Both the position numbers and the translations under genes were made by a program. A stretch of 64,000 nt of DNA from Candidatus Eiseniibacteriota bacterium (GTDB lineage Bacteria > Eisenbacteria > RBG-16-71-46), in contig CAVSAC010000014.1 in the NCBI GenBank assembly GCA_963725865.1, positions 384,001-448,000 of the forward strand. The letters run 5' to 3'. This document shows, one piece after another, positions 59,664 through 64,000 of the stretch (position 1 is its first letter; each line of letters starts with the position of its first letter). Below the pieces are notes generated by a model, which was given only the letters and a program-made list of their open reading frames with translations, made no database searches and was not told the DNA's origin.

Positions 59664-59990
59664 TCAGCCGCGCGGAGGCGCGCGCGGGTCGCCGCACACG
59701 CGCGTCGCGGAGACGGGCGCGAGCGCGGCGGGCGCGAACAGCGGGGACGGCGTGAACGGGGCCGGCGGAGTCGCGGTGATCGTGCTCGCCACCACGGCCG
59801 CGCCGTGGAGCGCGGCGCACGCCACGCACGGGTGCGCGGCCGGGCCGTGGCCCTCGCCACAATCGGGATCGGTGAGGTGATGCCACAGGTGCGCGGCGCC
59901 GCCGAGCACCAGCACCGCGATCAGCAGCAGCGCGGACGCGCGACGGGCGGGCCGGCGAGGAGGCGTGGGGTGGAGGGTCTCACGGTCCAT
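59664..59990 (-). CDS. DUF2946/CruR-like leader protein (TM, His, CxxC, C-terminal RAPP)
   Basis: LLLIAVLVLGGAAHLWHH...HPCVAC...Pro-rich...PRAPPRG-stop. Confidence 0.8.
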   Translation of the reverse strand: MDRETLHPTPPRRPARRASALLLIAVLVLGGAAHLWHHLTDPDCGEGHGPAAHPCVACAALHGAAVVASTITATPPAPFTPSPLFAPAALAPVSATRVCGDPRAPPRG

Positions 59991-60135
59991 GGGAGGCGGG
60001 ATTCTTCCACGAAGCGACCGGGCGCGGCAAGACCCAAGCGGCACCCAAGCGGCACGGCCGCGACGATGTCCAGACGATGTGTGCCCGGTGGTGCTTCGCC
60101 CCCGATGGGTCGCCGGGTCGTCGGCCGCGCGTGGC

Positions 60136-60163
60136 TGAAGCCGCGTGCAAGCGCTGCCGATGA
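60136..60163 (+). promoter_or_regulatory. sigma28-like promoter TGAAG-N15-GCCGATGA
   Basis: Third copy of the motif, upstream of the hydrogenase operon. Confidence 0.45.
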
Positions 60164-60452
60164 CCCTCGGAGCGGACCCCCTCCCGTTTGTCGGTGCCCG
60201 ACGGGCGCTGATACGATGCGCTCACCCCCCACGGAGGGGACGTGTACCACCGTGGTTCCACACGCGCGGACGCCGCTCGTCGCGGTACTCCGCAGGACCT
60301 TCGCGCCGTCGCGATGTCGGCGCGCATCGGCTCCTTCGCATCCTCCCCGACCATCCATCCCATCCCGGCCTCGCATCGATCCGGCGCCGCTCCGTGTCCT
60401 GCCGGCGGCGGTTGCGCGCAGTTCGATCGTGCGATGGTCCCGGAGATCTCCC

Positions 60453-61580
60453 ATGTCCGCCCATGATGCGAGCCCCCGCTCGGTGATCGAGCGGGGTGAT
60501 CTCGACCGGCTCCTCTCGGCCCTGCGCGAGCGCGGCTACTCGGTCATCGGCCCGGTGCGGCGCGGCGACGCGATCGTCCTCGACACGATCGAGTCCGCCG
60601 CCGACCTGCCCGCGGGCTGGACCGACGAGCAGGAGGCCGGTCACTACCGATTGCGACGGCGCGACGACGACATGCTGTTCGGATACAACGTCGGCCCGTG
60701 GTCGTGGAAGCGCTTCCTGTTCCCGCCCGCCCTGCGTCTGTGGCAGGCGCGGCGCGTCGAGCGCGGTTTCGAGCTGGTGGAGGACGGCGCCCGCGCGCCG
60801 CGCTACGCATTCCTCGGCGTGCGCGCGTGCGAGATCGCGGCGCTCGCGATCCACGACCAGGTGCTCACCGGCGGTCCGTACGTCGATCCCGAGTACCGCG
60901 AGCGCCGCGCCCAGGCGTTCATCGTGGCGGTGCCGTGTGTTCAAGCGGGCGCGACGTGCTTCTGCGCCTCGATGGGCACCGGGCCCGCGGTTCGCGAGGG
61001 CTTCGACCTGGCGCTCGCCGAGGTGGTCGAAGGCGGCCGTCACATGTTCGTGGTCACGGTGGGCTCGGAGCGCGGCGCCGAGGTGATGGAGGACGTGCCC
61101 CACCGGCCGGCGGTCGAGGCCGACGTGGCCGCCGCCGCCCGCGCGGTGGAGGGCGCCGCCCGGATGGGTCGCACGCTCGACACCGAGGGGCTCGCGCCCC
61201 TGCTCGCCAAGCAGCACGAGCATCCGCGCTGGAACAAGGTCGCCGAGCGCTGCCTGACGTGCGGCAACTGCGCACTGTCGTGCCCGACCTGCTTCTGTCA
61301 CACGGTCGAGGACCTCGCGGACCTCGGCGGCGAGACCGCCGAGCGCGTGCGCCGCTGGGACTCGTGCTTCTCCCTGGAGTTCTCGTTCATCCACGGCGGC
61401 AGCGTGCGGCCCTCCGCGCGCTCGCGCTATCGCCAGTGGCTGACCCACAAGCTCTCGAGCTGGCACGACCAGTTCGGGTCGTCGGGTTGCGTCGGATGCG
61501 GTCGGTGCATCACCTGGTGCCCGGCCAAGATCGATATCACCGAAGAGGTCCGCGCGATCCGCGAAACGCAGCGCGCGTGA
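60453..61580 (+). CDS. Group 3b hydrogenase/sulfhydrogenase beta subunit (4Fe-4S)
   Basis: GVRACE, TCFCASMG, CLTCGNCALSCPTCFC, RYRQWLTHK, CVGCGRCITWCP. Confidence 0.9.
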   Translation: MSAHDASPRSVIERGDLDRLLSALRERGYSVIGPVRRGDAIVLDTIESAADLPAGWTDEQEAGHYRLRRRDDDMLFGYNVGPWSWKRFLFPPALRLWQARRVERGFELVEDGARAPRYAFLGVRACEIAALAIHDQVLTGGPYVDPEYRERRAQAFIVAVPCVQAGATCFCASMGTGPAVREGFDLALAEVVEGGRHMFVVTVGSERGAEVMEDVPHRPAVEADVAAAARAVEGAARMGRTLDTEGLAPLLAKQHEHPRWNKVAERCLTCGNCALSCPTCFCHTVEDLADLGGETAERVRRWDSCFSLEFSFIHGGSVRPSARSRYRQWLTHKLSSWHDQFGSSGCVGCGRCITWCPAKIDITEEVRAIRETQRA

Positions 61581-61591
61581 GGAGGTCCGCC

Positions 61592-62065
61592 GTGCAGACA
61601 CTGGAACCGATTCTGACCGAGGCTCCGTTCTTCCAGGGCATGAAGCACGAACACCTGGCGCACCTCTCGGGCTGCGCATCGAACGTGCGTTACGAACCCG
61701 ACGAGTTCCCGGGGCGCGCCGGCGATCCGGCCGACCGCTTCTGGGTCGTCCGGCAGGGCCGCGTGGCGCTGGAGATCCACGCCCCCGGGCGCGGGGCGAT
61801 CACCATCGGCACCATGGGTGAAGGCGATGTCGTCGGCTTCTCCTGGCTGCTGCCGCCCTATCAGCTGCGTTTCGACATCCACGTGCTCTCCGCGACGCGC
61901 GCGATCATGTTCGACGGGCGCTGCCTGCGCGGAAAGTGCGCCACCGATGCGGAATTCGGATACGAGCTCCTCAGCCGCTTCTCGCGGCTGATGGCGGAGC
62001 GCCTGGAGTCCATGAGCCTGCAGCTCCTGGACGTCTATGGCGACCACTATGCCGACCATGACTGA
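61592..62065 (+). CDS. Stand-alone cyclic-nucleotide-binding domain protein
   Basis: GAGGAGG RBS, GDPADRFWVVRQGRV, GDVVGFSWL. No HTH. Confidence 0.85.
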   Translation: MQTLEPILTEAPFFQGMKHEHLAHLSGCASNVRYEPDEFPGRAGDPADRFWVVRQGRVALEIHAPGRGAITIGTMGEGDVVGFSWLLPPYQLRFDIHVLSATRAIMFDGRCLRGKCATDAEFGYELLSRFSRLMAERLESMSLQLLDVYGDHYADHD

Positions 62066-62918
62066 ACCGATCGCCCCGGAGACACGTGCCACGGCCGCGC
62101 CGATGCGGCCCGCGCCGTGGCGCATCGTCCGGACCAGCACGGAGACCCGGGACACCTTCACGATCACGCTCGAGCCGGAGGATCCCAAGACGACGTACGC
62201 GTTCCGGCCCGGGCAGTTCAACATGCTCTACACGTTCGGGGTCGGCGAGGTGCCGATCTCGATGAGCGGCCCGCCCGGCGACGGCCGGCGCGTGATCCAC
62301 ACCCTGCGCGCCGTCGGCCCGGTGACGCAGACCTTCCACCGCCTCAGGCGCGGGGACGTCGTCGGCCTGCGCGGCCCGTACGGCACCCCGTGGCCGGTGG
62401 ACGGCGCGAAGGGCCACGACATCGTGCTGGTCGCCGGCGGCATCGGGCTCGCCCCGCTGCGCCCGGCGATCTACCACGTGCTCGCCCACCGCGCGCAGTA
62501 CGGGCGCGTGGTGCTGCTGTTCGGCGCGCGGACGCCCGACGACATCCTGTTCGCGCGCGAGCTCGAGAACTGGCGCGGGCGCTTCGACATCGATGTCGGC
62601 ATCACGGTGGACCGCGCGCAGCCCGGCTGGCACGGGCACGTCGGGGTCGTCACCACGCTCCTGCCGCGCGCCCCGCTCGATCCCGCCAACACGGCCGCGT
62701 TCGTGTGCGGCCCCGAGATCATGATGCTGTTCGCGGCGCGCGACCTCGAGAATCGCGGCGTGCCGAACGCGCGCATCTGGCTGTCGATGGAGCGCAACAT
62801 GAAGTGCGCGGTCGCGCTCTGCGGTCACTGCCAGTTCGGTCCCACCTTCATCTGCAAGGACGGCCCGGTGTTCCGGTACGACGCGCTGGCGCCGCTCCTC
62901 GCCGTGCGGGAGCTCTGA
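62037..62918 (+). CDS. Hydrogenase gamma subunit (FAD/NAD(P), 2Fe-2S)
   Basis: [46 protein letters not shown]. The start may be 62049 or 62058. Confidence 0.9.
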   Translation: MATTMPTMTEPIAPETRATAAPMRPAPWRIVRTSTETRDTFTITLEPEDPKTTYAFRPGQFNMLYTFGVGEVPISMSGPPGDGRRVIHTLRAVGPVTQTFHRLRRGDVVGLRGPYGTPWPVDGAKGHDIVLVAGGIGLAPLRPAIYHVLAHRAQYGRVVLLFGARTPDDILFARELENWRGRFDIDVGITVDRAQPGWHGHVGVVTTLLPRAPLDPANTAAFVCGPEIMMLFAARDLENRGVPNARIWLSMERNMKCAVALCGHCQFGPTFICKDGPVFRYDALAPLLAVREL

Positions 62919-62920
62919 TC

Positions 62921-63718
62921 ATGGCCGCGACGACCCGCAAACCCCGCCTGGCGGTCTGGAAGTTCGCCTCGTGCGACGGCTGTCAGCTCTCGATCCTCGA
63001 TTGCGAGGACGAGCTGATGACGCTCGCCGGAGCGGTCCACATCGCCAACTTCGCCGAGGCGTCCCGCGCCATGGAGAAGGGCCCGTACGACCTGTCGCTG
63101 GTCGAGGGCTCGATCACCACGCCCCACGACGCTGAGCGCATCCACGCCGTCCGCCGCGCCTCCAAGGTGCTGGTCACCATCGGCGCCTGCGCCACCACGG
63201 GCGGCATCCAGGCGCTCCGGAACTTCGCCGACGTGAAGGAGTGGATCCCGATCGTCTACGCCCGCCCGGAGCACATCGAGACGCTCCGCAACTCCACCCC
63301 CATCGCGAACCACGTGCTCGTGGACTACGAGCTGCAGGGCTGCCCGGTGAACAAGCACCAGCTGCTGGAAGTGGTGCGTGCGTTCCTCGCCGGGCGGCGG
63401 CCGGTGCTTCCCGCATACAGCGTCTGCACGGAGTGCAAGCGCCGCGGTACCCCGTGCGTCGTCGTGAACTCGGGCCTGCCGTGCATGGGCCCGGTGACGC
63501 GCACGGGCTGCGGTGCGCTGTGCCCGTCCTACGCCCGCGGGTGCTACGGCTGCTTCGGCCCGGTGCGCGGCGCCAATACCGCCGCGCTCGGCGACGTCCT
63601 CCACGGCCTCGGCCTCGACGATCCGGCAGTCGTCCGCGCGTTCCGCGGATTCAACGCCGGCTCCGAGGCGTTCCGCAAAGCGAGTGAATTCCATGAGCAG
63701 CGCCACCACGGCCAGTAA
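62921..63718 (+). CDS. NiFe hydrogenase small (delta) subunit
   Basis: [43 protein letters not shown]. Confidence 0.92.
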   Translation: MAATTRKPRLAVWKFASCDGCQLSILDCEDELMTLAGAVHIANFAEASRAMEKGPYDLSLVEGSITTPHDAERIHAVRRASKVLVTIGACATTGGIQALRNFADVKEWIPIVYARPEHIETLRNSTPIANHVLVDYELQGCPVNKHQLLEVVRAFLAGRRPVLPAYSVCTECKRRGTPCVVVNSGLPCMGPVTRTGCGALCPSYARGCYGCFGPVRGANTAALGDVLHGLGLDDPAVVRAFRGFNAGSEAFRKASEFHEQRHHGQ

Positions 63719-64000
63719 GCGCAATCGTTCCGTCGAGGTCGACGTGCTCGCCCGGGTCGAGGGCGAGGGCGGCATCGACGTCCGGATCCACAAGGGCGAA
63801 GTGACCGAGGTGAAGTTCCGCATCTACGAGCCGCCGCGCTTCTTCGAGGCGTTCCTGCGCGGGCGCTCGTACACCGAGGTCCCGGACATCACCGCGCGCA
63901 TCTGCGGGATCTGTCCGGTCGCCTACCAGATGAGCGCGGTGCACGCCATCGAGCGCGCGTTCGGGGTCCAGGTCACGGGACCGCTGCGCGCGCTGCGGCG
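63693..64000 (+). CDS. NiFe hydrogenase large (alpha) subunit, partial at the right edge
   Basis: Manual translation: MSSATT...LARVEGEG...EPPRFFE...[11 protein letters not shown] (L1 motif). Confidence 0.93.
   Translation, partial: MSSATTASKRNRSVEVDVLARVEGEGGIDVRIHKGEVTEVKFRIYEPPRFFEAFLRGRSYTEVPDITARICGICPVAYQMSAVHAIERAFGVQVTGPLRALR

Noticed and set aside
1..64000. CRISPR arrays, tRNA/rRNA genes, intact IS or prophage, defence systems
   Set aside because: I saw no repeat-spacer periodicity, cloverleaf or rRNA signatures, or transposase, phage or defence motifs. A by-eye search could miss short RNAs.

Overview
This is a 64-kb, high-GC, gene-dense bacterial chromosome segment, with most genes on the minus strand. 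A secreted protein with a C-terminal FlgD-Ig-type domain suggests an FCB-group organism such as Ca. Eisenbacteria (inference). From left to right: (1-9 kb) two paralogous large lipoproteins and a ~1400-aa secreted protein; (9-30 kb) housekeeping genes (ECF-type ATPase, larC, larB, dusB, HAD phosphatase, S41 protease, tmk, ino1, CDP-alcohol phosphatidyltransferase, rsmI, ltaE, HU, ilvC, priA); (30-37 kb) a four-gene signalling operon with REC-GGDEF, two tandem histidine kinase::HD-GYP fusions and a lone REC; (37-48 kb) tsaD, cutA and accessory genes; (48.5-52.3 kb) an arginine-synthetase(ArcE)-like gene with rocD and argF behind a sigma54-like site; (53.3-60 kb) a metal-uptake locus in which an integrase-marked cassette appears to have replaced the native homologous genes, downstream of a DUF2946/CruR-like CxxC+RAPP leader ORF; (60.4-64 kb) a group 3b-type NiFe hydrogenase operon. 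A sigma28-like motif T(C/G)AAG-N15-GCCGAT recurs three times. Four single-base frameshifts look like long-read errors. I saw no rRNA, tRNA or CRISPR. All calls come from reading motifs by eye; no searches were run.
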